A stretch of 41,683 nt of DNA, from NCBI GenBank assembly GCA_035290745.1, contig DATDTS010000068.1:1-41683 (forward strand), in the 5' to 3' direction. Positions 9,080-16,992 of this stretch are shown here, piece after piece. The stretch is from Candidatus Bilamarchaeaceae archaeon. Its GTDB lineage: Archaea > Micrarchaeota > Micrarchaeia > Anstonellales > Bilamarchaeaceae. The translations under genes were made by a program, and so were the position numbers. Every line of letters begins with the position of its first letter. Within the stretch, counting starts at the first letter, position 1. The notes under the pieces were generated by a model that was given only the letters and a program-made list of their open reading frames with translations, searched no databases and was not told the DNA's origin.

Positions 9080-10095
9080 TGATGTCTTCTCATAATGAAG
9101 CTGTTTCTTAACTTAATTAGGGGTTTATATAAATTCGTATAAGAAGCAAAGAAGAAAACAATAGTCGTTAATAGGTACTTGCACAAACGAAAATCAATAA
9201 AAGAAAGTAAAAACCAATCTAAAAAAAGAGCATTCCTCAATAGTCTTTTTGCTTCTATATCGTTACCAGCACTTAAAAAATTCAAAGCAGGAGTTACAAG
9301 ATTCCCGTAAACCTTGTAACACCTATATTTCTTCAAGGTTAAACTATTGAAAATATGAATCTTTGACTCAAGGTATTTATCAAGTACTAAATAGAATTCA
9401 TCAGCACAAGTTCTACTAGTTTCGATTCTAATCGAAGCTTGAATTGGGCTTAAACGATAATTAATTAGTTTTTCATCAAGAATTGCTATATTCATATGTT
9501 CAAGAAAACGAAAATACATATCAAAATCAAATGCCCATTTGAAATCTTTTAAATTGTATTGACCAACTTTTTTATATAACTGAGTCCTGGCAATACAACT
9601 AGAACATACAAAAGGGTCATTAACTCTGGACACACAATATTTCAGAATATCATCAAGATCAAGAGATAGGTTCTTTTTCTCAAACCATTTTGACAACGGT
9701 TTTTCACCAATTTTTTCATCTTTGGTATTGATCAAATTAGCGCTTGCAAAAACAGCACCAACTTCAGGTTTTTTGTCTAAGATAGAAACTTGCTTTTCTA
9801 TAATGGTAGGCTCATAGATATCATCTGCATGAAATAATGCAATATATTCCCCATTCGCTTTGGAGATGCATTTATTCCAGTTCTCACTTAGTATGTTTTT
9901 AGAATTTCGAAAAAGAGTTATGCGTTTGTCAGTATATTTCTTTAAAATTTCAAAAGTATTATCCGTAGACGCGTTATCAATTATAATCAATTCAAAATCA
10001 GAATAAGTTTGGGCAAGAATAGAATCTATTGTCTTTTTTATGAATTCAGCTGCATTGTATGCAGGAACACACACTGATAGTTTTGGTTTTTCCAT
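9076..10095 (-). CDS. glycosyltransferase family 2 with hydrophobic C-terminal tail
   Basis: LSVCVPAYNAAEFIKKTIDSILAQTY.DFELIIIDNASTDNT is the GT2 signature, and a DD motif occurs in FHADDIY. The start is trimmed to ATG at 10095 (MEKPKLS). Confidence 0.85.
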   Translation of the reverse strand: MEKPKLSVCVPAYNAAEFIKKTIDSILAQTYSDFELIIIDNASTDNTFEILKKYTDKRITLFRNSKNILSENWNKCISKANGEYIALFHADDIYEPTIIEKQVSILDKKPEVGAVFASANLINTKDEKIGEKPLSKWFEKKNLSLDLDDILKYCVSRVNDPFVCSSCIARTQLYKKVGQYNLKDFKWAFDFDMYFRFLEHMNIAILDEKLINYRLSPIQASIRIETSRTCADEFYLVLDKYLESKIHIFNSLTLKKYRCYKVYGNLVTPALNFLSAGNDIEAKRLLRNALFLDWFLLSFIDFRLCKYLLTTIVFFFASYTNLYKPLIKLRNSFIMRRHH

Positions 10096-10156
10096 AGCAG
10101 GATTTAAAAAAAGACAAGTATAAAAACACTTTGGTATTGGGACATTATAGAATAAT

Positions 10157-11200
10157 ATGAAAAAAGCGTTAATCACAGGTATTACTGGGCAGGATGGATC
10201 TTACCTTGCAGAGCTTTTATTAAACAAAGGGTACGAGGTACATGGAATAATCCGAAGGGCAAGTACCTTTAATACGGTCAGGATAAACCATATCTTCCAA
10301 GACCCGCACATACAAAATGCTAAATTGTTCTTGCATTATGGAGATTTGTCTGATTCTGAACAAGTAAGCAATATAATTCATAAAATAGAACCAGATGAAG
10401 TTTACCATTTAGGTGCACAGAGCCACGTTAGGGTAAGCTTTGACATGCCAGAATACACTTCAAATGTAACTGGAGTAGGAACAACGCGAATCCTAGAGGC
10501 CATAAGGAGAAGCAAAAAAGTGATAAGATACTACCAAGCATCAAGCAGTGAGATGTTTGGATCGGCAAACCCGCCTCAAAATGAAGACAGTCCATTTAAA
10601 CCGCGCAGCCCATATGCTTGTGCAAAGGTTTATGCATACTGGATGGCAAAAAATTACAGGGACGGATATGGGATTTACGCTTCAAATGGGATATTGTTCA
10701 ATCATGAATCCCCAAGAAGAGGAGAAACATTTGTAACAAGAAAGATAACCCGGGCAGTATCAGCAATACTGGCAAAAAAACAGAGATTTTTGTATTTAGG
10801 GAATCTAGAGGCAAAGAGAGATTGGGGATATGCTCCGGAATATGTCGAAGCAATGTGGAAGATTATGCAGCAAGAAAAATCAGATGATTTTGTAATTGGA
10901 ACTGGGAAGACTCATTCTGTAAAACAATTTGTAGATGAAGCTTTTACGTATGTTGGTCTTGACCCACAAGAACATATCAAGATAGATAGGGAATATTTTA
11001 GGCCAACCGAAGTGGAAGTATTAATTGCAGATAACAAAAAAGCAAGGGAAAAAATTAAATTTGAACCAAAAATAGAATTTGAGGAGCTTGCAAAAATAAT
11101 GATGGATGCAGATATGAGAACGTTTGGTTTAGAACCAATTGGAAAAGGAGACAAAATAATCAAAAATAAGTTTAAAGACAAGTGGTGGAAAGGAGATTAG
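10157..11200 (+). CDS. gmd: GDP-mannose 4,6-dehydratase
   Basis: [45 protein letters not shown] is the hallmark Gmd N-terminus. [17 protein letters not shown] is also present. 347 aa. Confidence 0.95.
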   Translation: MKKALITGITGQDGSYLAELLLNKGYEVHGIIRRASTFNTVRINHIFQDPHIQNAKLFLHYGDLSDSEQVSNIIHKIEPDEVYHLGAQSHVRVSFDMPEYTSNVTGVGTTRILEAIRRSKKVIRYYQASSSEMFGSANPPQNEDSPFKPRSPYACAKVYAYWMAKNYRDGYGIYASNGILFNHESPRRGETFVTRKITRAVSAILAKKQRFLYLGNLEAKRDWGYAPEYVEAMWKIMQQEKSDDFVIGTGKTHSVKQFVDEAFTYVGLDPQEHIKIDREYFRPTEVEVLIADNKKAREKIKFEPKIEFEELAKIMMDADMRTFGLEPIGKGDKIIKNKFKDKWWKGD

Positions 11201-12133
11201 ATGGATTTAAATGAAAAGAGGGTGCTTGTTACTGGGGGCAATGGATTCTTGGGTAATTTTGTAGTAGATGAATTAAAAAAAAAGAAAGTTGAATGTATTT
11301 CAACACCAACAAAAGGAGAGTATGACTTACTAGAAAGAAATGATGTTTATAAAATGTTGAAACAAGAATCACCAGAGGTTATAATTCACCTTGCAGCCAA
11401 AGTTGGGGGAATAGAAGCCTGCAAAAAGTACCCTGCATCTTTTTTTTATGAGAACATGGCTATGGGGTTGAACCTTTTTGAAGCTGCAAAAGACCATAAA
11501 ATAGAAAAATTTGTAGCGATAGGCTCAGTATGTGCATATCCAAAATTTGCACCAATTCCTTTCAAAGAGCAAGATTTATGGTCTGGATACCCTGAAGAAA
11601 CCAACGCACCATATGGCCTTGCGAAAAAGATGTTACTAGTAGAGGCACAGTCTTATAGAGAACAATACGGATTAAATGCGATATATTTGCTTCCAGTAAA
11701 TTTATATGGACCAGGAGATAATTTTAATCCGGAATCATCACATGTTATCCCAGCACTTATAAAAAAATTCATAGATGCAAAAGAACAAAATAAGAAAGAA
11801 GTGGTTATTTGGGGGAATGGAAGCCCGACTAGGGAATTTTTATATGTTGAAGACTGCGCCAGGGGGATTGTACTGGCAACTGAAAAATATGATAAATCAG
11901 AACCCGTAAACTTAGGTTCTGGAATGGAAATTAGCATTAATAACCTAGCAGAGTTGATAAAAAAGCTAACTGACTTTGAAGGAAAGTTAGTTTGGGACAC
12001 AACAAAACCAAATGGCCAGCCAAGGAGATTGTTTGACAACTCAAAGGCAAAAAAAGAGTTTGGTTTTATTGCAAGAATCGGATTTGAGAAAGGATTGAAA
12101 AAAACAATTGATTGGTATCTGAAAAACAGGTGA
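11201..12133 (+). CDS. fcl: GDP-4-keto-6-deoxy-D-mannose 3,5-epimerase/4-reductase family (GDP-L-fucose synthase, or the homologous GDP-L-colitose synthase ColC)
   Basis: VLVTGGNGFLG, SVCAYPK and NLYGPGDNFNPESSHVIPALIKKF are typical of Fcl/WcaG. It starts directly after the gmd stop. Confidence 0.85.
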   Translation: MDLNEKRVLVTGGNGFLGNFVVDELKKKKVECISTPTKGEYDLLERNDVYKMLKQESPEVIIHLAAKVGGIEACKKYPASFFYENMAMGLNLFEAAKDHKIEKFVAIGSVCAYPKFAPIPFKEQDLWSGYPEETNAPYGLAKKMLLVEAQSYREQYGLNAIYLLPVNLYGPGDNFNPESSHVIPALIKKFIDAKEQNKKEVVIWGNGSPTREFLYVEDCARGIVLATEKYDKSEPVNLGSGMEISINNLAELIKKLTDFEGKLVWDTTKPNGQPRRLFDNSKAKKEFGFIARIGFEKGLKKTIDWYLKNR

Positions 12134-12140
12134 AAATAAT

Positions 12141-13334
12141 ATGGATAACCTAAGACAAATTGGTGTTGGTTGTGCAGATATATCGGATAAAGAAAAAGAA
12201 TACGTGAATATTGCGTTAAATAACAACAGACTTTCTTATGGAGAATTTACCCACAAGTTTGAAAAAAGATTTGCAAAGTTGCATGATTGTAAATATGCAA
12301 TGATGTGCAATAGCGGTACAAGTGCCCTTAGAGTTGCGATTGCAGCTCTTAAAGAAACCGATGAATGGAAAGAAGATGATGAGGTTCTTGTTCCCTCTAT
12401 AACTTTTATATCAACTTCAAATGTTCTAATACAGCAAAACCTCAAACCTGTTTTTGTTGATGTAGATCCCAGGTATTACAACATAGATCCAACCAAAATT
12501 GAGGAGAAAATAACAGAGAAGACTAAGGCAATTATGCCAGTTCATTTGTTTGGTATGCCATGTGATATGGAACCAATAATGAAAATTGCAAAAAAACACC
12601 AATTACGAGTTGTTGAAGATTCTTGTGAGACTATGCTTGCAAAGTACAAAGGAAAAAGCGTTGGCTCGTTTGGAGATATTGGATGTTTCTCAACATATGT
12701 TGCACACTTGGTAGTAACCGGTGTTGGAGGTATTTCAACAACAAATGATAATGATTTGGCAATTAAAATGAAAAGTCTGATGAATCATGGCAGGGATTCT
12801 ATATATCTGCATATTGATGATGATAAAACAAATGATGAAGAGAAACTTTCGATGATAATGGAGAGAAGATTCAGTTTCGTAAGATTAGGTTATAGCTTCA
12901 GAGCAACGGAACTTGAAGGCGCACTTGGGTTAGGGCAATTAGAAATTGTAGATAAAATAGTACAAAAAAGAAGAGAAAACGCCGCATATCTTACTGAAAA
13001 ACTAGCTCATCTCGATGAACATTTACAGCTTCCAAAAATAGCCCCAGATAGGGATCACTCATTTATGATGTATCCAATAGTTGTAAAAGATCCAAAAATT
13101 AAAAGAGATGAATTGACGTTATATCTTGAAAAGAACGGAGTTGAAACCAGGTATATGCTGCCACTTTTAAACCAACCAATTTATATCAAACTTTTTGGAA
13201 ATCTTGAGGGTCAGTATCCAATTGCAAAGAATATAAACAAGAATGGATTTTATATCGGATGCCATCAAAAACTAGATAAAGAAGATTTAGATTATGTTAT
13301 ACAAACATTTAAAGAGTTCTTCTCCAAGCAATAA
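12141..13334 (+). CDS. DegT/DnrJ/EryC1/StrS-family PLP/PMP enzyme lacking the canonical Schiff-base lysine; candidate ColD-like GDP-4-keto-6-deoxy-D-mannose 3-dehydratase
   Basis: The family pattern runs from NSGTSAL to GDIGCFSTYVAHLVVTGVGGISTTND. At the position 7 residues before the GG, where aminotransferases of this family carry Lys, this protein has His, and no Lys occurs in the segment. It lies immediately downstream of gmd-fcl. Confidence 0.6.
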   Translation: MDNLRQIGVGCADISDKEKEYVNIALNNNRLSYGEFTHKFEKRFAKLHDCKYAMMCNSGTSALRVAIAALKETDEWKEDDEVLVPSITFISTSNVLIQQNLKPVFVDVDPRYYNIDPTKIEEKITEKTKAIMPVHLFGMPCDMEPIMKIAKKHQLRVVEDSCETMLAKYKGKSVGSFGDIGCFSTYVAHLVVTGVGGISTTNDNDLAIKMKSLMNHGRDSIYLHIDDDKTNDEEKLSMIMERRFSFVRLGYSFRATELEGALGLGQLEIVDKIVQKRRENAAYLTEKLAHLDEHLQLPKIAPDRDHSFMMYPIVVKDPKIKRDELTLYLEKNGVETRYMLPLLNQPIYIKLFGNLEGQYPIAKNINKNGFYIGCHQKLDKEDLDYVIQTFKEFFSKQ

Positions 13335-13362
13335 GTGGAATAAATAAAAAAGGTGGAAAACA

Positions 13363-14376
13363 ATGGACAGACCTAGGATTTTATGGCAATGCCCTCGTTT
13401 TAATCCATACTTTGCAGATTATTACATAAATATGAATTACAAAGATGCTTTTGTTGATTTAGGTTACACATTTGATTTTCTTACAGGTGAAGATGATTTA
13501 ATAGAAAAAGTAAATAGATTCAAACCAGATATTTTAGTAACTGCAACACAAAATGAATATTTCGAGAAATTAGACATAGAATGGTTGAATAAAAAAAGAA
13601 AAGAGGGATTGTTTGTTATTGTTGCTGTTGAAGCACTTGAGCATTATGATCCGCTTTATAGATTAGAGAATAAACCAGAGAGAATTAGATTAATACAAGA
13701 AGGAAAACTGGGAGACATGTTTTTTGGGAACAATGAGTTAGAAAGAATGAAAGGTTTTAAAGAAAAAACAGGTTACAAATATCATTTTCTGCCTCTGGCC
13801 GCAAATCATAAGGTCCAGTTTGGTTCTACACATTTTGTAGAAAAAAAATATGAATGCGCATATGTTGGCAACTATATGTTGAGTAAAAAAGAAAAATTCG
13901 CGGGATATATTGACCCACTAAAAAATAAACATAACCTAAAACTAATTGGAAATAATTGGACATTAACTGATAGAGCTATTGCAAAGATACATAGAATGTT
14001 AAAAATAAAACAAAAACCAAAGATAACTTTAGATCAAGAAAGAGAGTTATACTGGAAAACAAAGATCGGATTAAATCTTCATGAAAAAAAACAAGCTATT
14101 GAAGGATTAGACGTTAATGAAAGAACATTTAAGGTTCCCGCATGTGGATGTTTTGAATTGTGTGATGCAAATAAAAGCGTATACAAATATTTTGCAAAAG
14201 ATGAAGTAATCCTTGCAGAGGATGAAAAAGACTGGTATGAAAAGATAGAATATTATCTCGAAAATGACGAAGAAAGAGAAAAAATAGCAGAAAAAGGATA
14301 TCAAAGAGTGCAAAAAGAACATCTTTATACACACAGAGTCAAAAAGATGATAGAGATATATAAATCGTATTTATAG
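13363..14376 (+). CDS. CgeB-like glycosyltransferase family protein (Glyco_trans_1_2-type C-terminus)
   Basis: The C-terminal NERTFKVPACGCFELCD...YFAKDEVIL....DW.EKIEYYL.NDEEREKIAEKGYQRV matches the CgeB/DUF3880-type pattern. Confidence 0.6.
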   Translation: MDRPRILWQCPRFNPYFADYYINMNYKDAFVDLGYTFDFLTGEDDLIEKVNRFKPDILVTATQNEYFEKLDIEWLNKKRKEGLFVIVAVEALEHYDPLYRLENKPERIRLIQEGKLGDMFFGNNELERMKGFKEKTGYKYHFLPLAANHKVQFGSTHFVEKKYECAYVGNYMLSKKEKFAGYIDPLKNKHNLKLIGNNWTLTDRAIAKIHRMLKIKQKPKITLDQERELYWKTKIGLNLHEKKQAIEGLDVNERTFKVPACGCFELCDANKSVYKYFAKDEVILAEDEKDWYEKIEYYLENDEEREKIAEKGYQRVQKEHLYTHRVKKMIEIYKSYL

Positions 14377-14389
14377 TTTCGGTGAGTAA

Positions 14390-15544
14390 ATGAATCAGGT
14401 ACTTGTCAGTTCTGGAGTTATTTTTGGAGTTCACGGACTTGGAAATTTGTCTTACCATATTGCTAAAGGATTATATGAGCATAATATGTTAGAAAAAGTA
14501 TTTGCTTGGGATTACAAAAAAACAGACTTGCCTGACAATAAAATAAAAAGGATAGTTCCCATGGGATATTACCTAGAAAAGGTATTGGGCGGATTTAGAA
14601 ATAGAATATACAAAGACTTCCCGCAATATCTTTTACAATGCGAATTTTTTGATATAATGTGCTCTTATTATACAAATTCAACAAAAGCTAATATCGTATA
14701 TGGTGGTGGAGGCACGACCTTAAGAACTATGAAAAGGCTTAAGAAAAAAGGAATTAAATTTGTTTTTCCTGGATTTTCAACACACCCAAATGATCATTTT
14801 AGATTACAGATTGAAGAAGCAAAAAGATGGAATGTTAAATTATCTCTAAATTTAAGATCTGATTTTTTAATTAAAAAAATTAAAGAAGAGATAAAAAATT
14901 CAGATTATATAATTGCAGCATCAGAACTTGTAAAAGATAGTATGGTCCATAATGGGGTACCAAAACAGAATATATCCGTGATACCATTTGGAGTAGATAC
15001 TAAAAAGTTCAACCCTGGTAATAAAAAAGGGGGAAAATTTAGGGTTCTTTTTGCCGGTTCAATATGTTTAAGGAAAGGAGTTCCTTATTTATTAGAAGCA
15101 TGGGATTCACTGAACTTAAAAAATGCAGAATTGATTCTATCTGGAGGTATTCATTCTGAGATGAGGGAGATATTAAAAAAATATAAAAATAACAATACAA
15201 TACAAATAATAGAAAAAACAAATATAGAAAGGTTATATAAAACTGCAGATATCTTTGTTTTCCCAAGTATAGAAGAAGGATCGGCACTTGTAACCTACGA
15301 ATCGATGGCCAGCGGCCTCCCGATCGTCACAACTATGAACAGTGGTTCGGTAGCTAAAGACAAAAAAGACGGATTTATAATTCCAGCAAGAAATATAGAA
15401 AAAATAAAAGAAAAAATACTGTATTTCTATGATAATCCTAAGATGGTAAAAAAAATGGGCAAAAATGCAAGAAACCATATGGTAAAGGAATATACATGGG
15501 ATCATTTTGAAGAAAGAACAGCTGAATTTTTTTCAAGAATTTGA
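14390..15544 (+). CDS. glycosyltransferase, GT4/GT-B fold
   Basis: FRVLFAGSICLRKGVPYLLEAW and FVFPSIEEGSALVTYESMASGLPIVTT (E-x7-E) are present. Confidence 0.85.
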   Translation: MNQVLVSSGVIFGVHGLGNLSYHIAKGLYEHNMLEKVFAWDYKKTDLPDNKIKRIVPMGYYLEKVLGGFRNRIYKDFPQYLLQCEFFDIMCSYYTNSTKANIVYGGGGTTLRTMKRLKKKGIKFVFPGFSTHPNDHFRLQIEEAKRWNVKLSLNLRSDFLIKKIKEEIKNSDYIIAASELVKDSMVHNGVPKQNISVIPFGVDTKKFNPGNKKGGKFRVLFAGSICLRKGVPYLLEAWDSLNLKNAELILSGGIHSEMREILKKYKNNNTIQIIEKTNIERLYKTADIFVFPSIEEGSALVTYESMASGLPIVTTMNSGSVAKDKKDGFIIPARNIEKIKEKILYFYDNPKMVKKMGKNARNHMVKEYTWDHFEERTAEFFSRI

Positions 15545-15660
15545 TTTTATGCAACTGGATTCAAACTGTTTTATGTTTTTAGTGGCTAAGTGAAACTGAG
15601 TTAAAAAATTTTCAATTTCTCATTTGAAAAACGCAATGTGCAGAAACCATACACTTCCCG

Positions 15661-15911
15661 ATGGAACTGCGTTCCATGGGTCGGAGCGAACGAAGTTCGC
15701 TAGATGCATGAAACACGGTTTCATAGCATGCAGAGAACGAAGTTCTCTCGCACAGTGCATGGAGGAGCGCGTTTTTCAAATATTTGAACGAATGACCGAC
15801 AAATCGGTATCCGATTTGTGGTCCATTGAAATCTTGGATTTCAATAGGAGCATGAAACCCAGCCACCTACAAAAGCAGAGCTTTTGGAGGGACAAAGAAC
15901 AAAGTTCTTTG
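15661..15911. repeat. array of consecutive short perfect inverted repeats (hairpins) in a GC-enriched intergenic island; candidate structured ncRNA or ssDNA element
   Basis: Nine perfect inverted repeats were read directly, each with a 3-nt loop except the 15775-15788 palindrome. 15661-15677: ATGGAAC/tgc/GTTCCAT. 15685-15701: AGCGAAC/gaa/GTTCGCT. 15708-15724: ATGAAAC/acg/GTTTCAT. 15732-15748: AGAGAAC/gaa/GTTCTCT. 15775-15788: TTCAAATATTTGAA. 15799-15819: ACAAATCGG/tat/CCGATTTGT. 15825-15845: ATTGAAATC/ttg/GATTTCAAT. 15870-15886: CAAAAGC/aga/GCTTTTG. 15893-15911: CAAAGAAC/aaa/GTTCTTTG. The confidence refers to the existence of the repeats, not to any function. Confidence 0.9.
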
Positions 15912-15953
15912 GATTTTGGCTGGGTGCTCTTCGTTCAAATCATATAAACTGCA

Positions 15954-16901
15954 CTACTCCTTCTTCATAAAATATTCAATAGTTCTCTTGAGTCCATCAT
16001 CAAGTTTTACTTTAGGTTTCCACCCTAAAAGTTTTTCAGCCTTTGAAACATCAATAGAATAGTTCATTATCTCATTTTTTTTATACTCAATAGCACCATA
16101 GTCTATTAAGGCACTTTTTCCCATAATCTTACCTATGTTTTCGGCAATGTTTTTTATTTTATAGGATTTGCCATAGCCAACATTTATTATTTCTCCACTT
16201 GTTTTTTTATGCATAGCACCTGCAATAAGTTGTGCTTCAATTAAATCATCGATGTACAAAAAATCCCTAGTCTGCTCACCAGGAGTCATTTTAAAGTTCT
16301 GACCCATGTTTAGACTTTTTATTAAAGAAGGAATAAACATTTCTTCTCCTTGTTTTGGTCCATATACGATAGTTGTTCTCAACATTATTGCTTTTATGTT
16401 GTATAATTTATAGAATAGTTTCAAAAGTTGGTCTGCCGAAGATTTTGAAAATGCATAAGGAGATTCCGGGTTATCACTCATACTTTCTGTAACCGGAATT
16501 TCTACGCTACCATACTCCTCTATAGTACCAAGAGTTATTACAGGGATAGTAAGATTAGACTTAACTAACCCATTTAGCAGATTTAAAAGTCCTATCACAT
16601 TTATATCTATCAATGAATAAAAACTTTCAACCCCTCCCCCCCTATTCTTGTCGGCTGCAAGATGGAAAATAAAATCTGGTTTGATCTCATCTATTTTGTT
16701 AATAACCTCATTTTTTTCTCTTATATCAACAAAATATTGTTTTGTTAGGTTATTTTGATAAAAAACTTTTTTTTCGTTTTTCGACATTAGGTAAACCTTT
16801 GCACCAATGTTGAGTAATCTATCCTGTAGATATGAACCAATAAAACCAGTTGCACCAGTTATAAGTACTGTCTTGTCGATATATTCCTCTTTATATCCCA
16901 T
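15954..16901 (-). CDS. NAD-dependent epimerase/dehydratase family (extended SDR), possible nucleotide-deoxysugar 4-reductase
   Basis: VLITGATGFIGSYLQDRL Rossmann motif and YAFSK catalytic motif. It lies directly downstream of rfbH on the same strand. Confidence 0.8.
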   Translation of the reverse strand: MGYKEEYIDKTVLITGATGFIGSYLQDRLLNIGAKVYLMSKNEKKVFYQNNLTKQYFVDIREKNEVINKIDEIKPDFIFHLAADKNRGGGVESFYSLIDINVIGLLNLLNGLVKSNLTIPVITLGTIEEYGSVEIPVTESMSDNPESPYAFSKSSADQLLKLFYKLYNIKAIMLRTTIVYGPKQGEEMFIPSLIKSLNMGQNFKMTPGEQTRDFLYIDDLIEAQLIAGAMHKKTSGEIINVGYGKSYKIKNIAENIGKIMGKSALIDYGAIEYKKNEIMNYSIDVSKAEKLLGWKPKVKLDDGLKRTIEYFMKKE

Positions 16902-16992
16902 GCGCTTACCTTCTTCATCAACCCAATCATATTGTTTTATATTATATGAATTACCCTGTACAAAATTAAATAAGTTTGGGTAACCTAACTGG

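Noticed and set aside
11653-12039. A 128-aa antisense ORF inside fcl. Similar antisense ORFs occur at 38948-39310 (inside the FlaJ-like gene), 30113-30565, 10912-11181 and 19222-19509.
   Set aside because: Each lies fully inside a well-supported conserved gene on the opposite strand. The translated sequences are low-complexity with no recognisable motifs.
15661-15750. The GAAC-N3-GTTC palindromes could be operators (they resemble the Gram-positive LexA Cheo box GAAC-N4-GTTC) or archaeal ORB origin boxes.
   Set aside because: The spacing is N3, not N4, and LexA is not expected in archaea. Half of the hairpins have unrelated stem sequences, so one DNA-binding specificity cannot explain the array. 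There is no orc1/cdc6 gene or AT-rich unwinding element adjacent. This is kept only as an alternative hypothesis in the finding.
15929-15945. The T-loop-like string GTTCAAATC suggested a tRNA.
   Set aside because: The flanking bases (CTTCG / CATAT) cannot form a T-stem, and no acceptor, D or anticodon arms can be built around it.
15624-15947. Overlapping ORFs on both strands of the hairpin island (107 aa plus strand with a TTG start; 84 aa minus strand, 15612-15866).
   Set aside because: Open frames on both strands are expected where G+C is locally high and the sequence is palindromic. Composition differs sharply from every neighbouring gene, the plus ORF needs a TTG start, and I recognise no protein family. 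A small Cys-containing peptide cannot be fully excluded. The roughly 24-nt hairpin period would correspond to about 8 codons.
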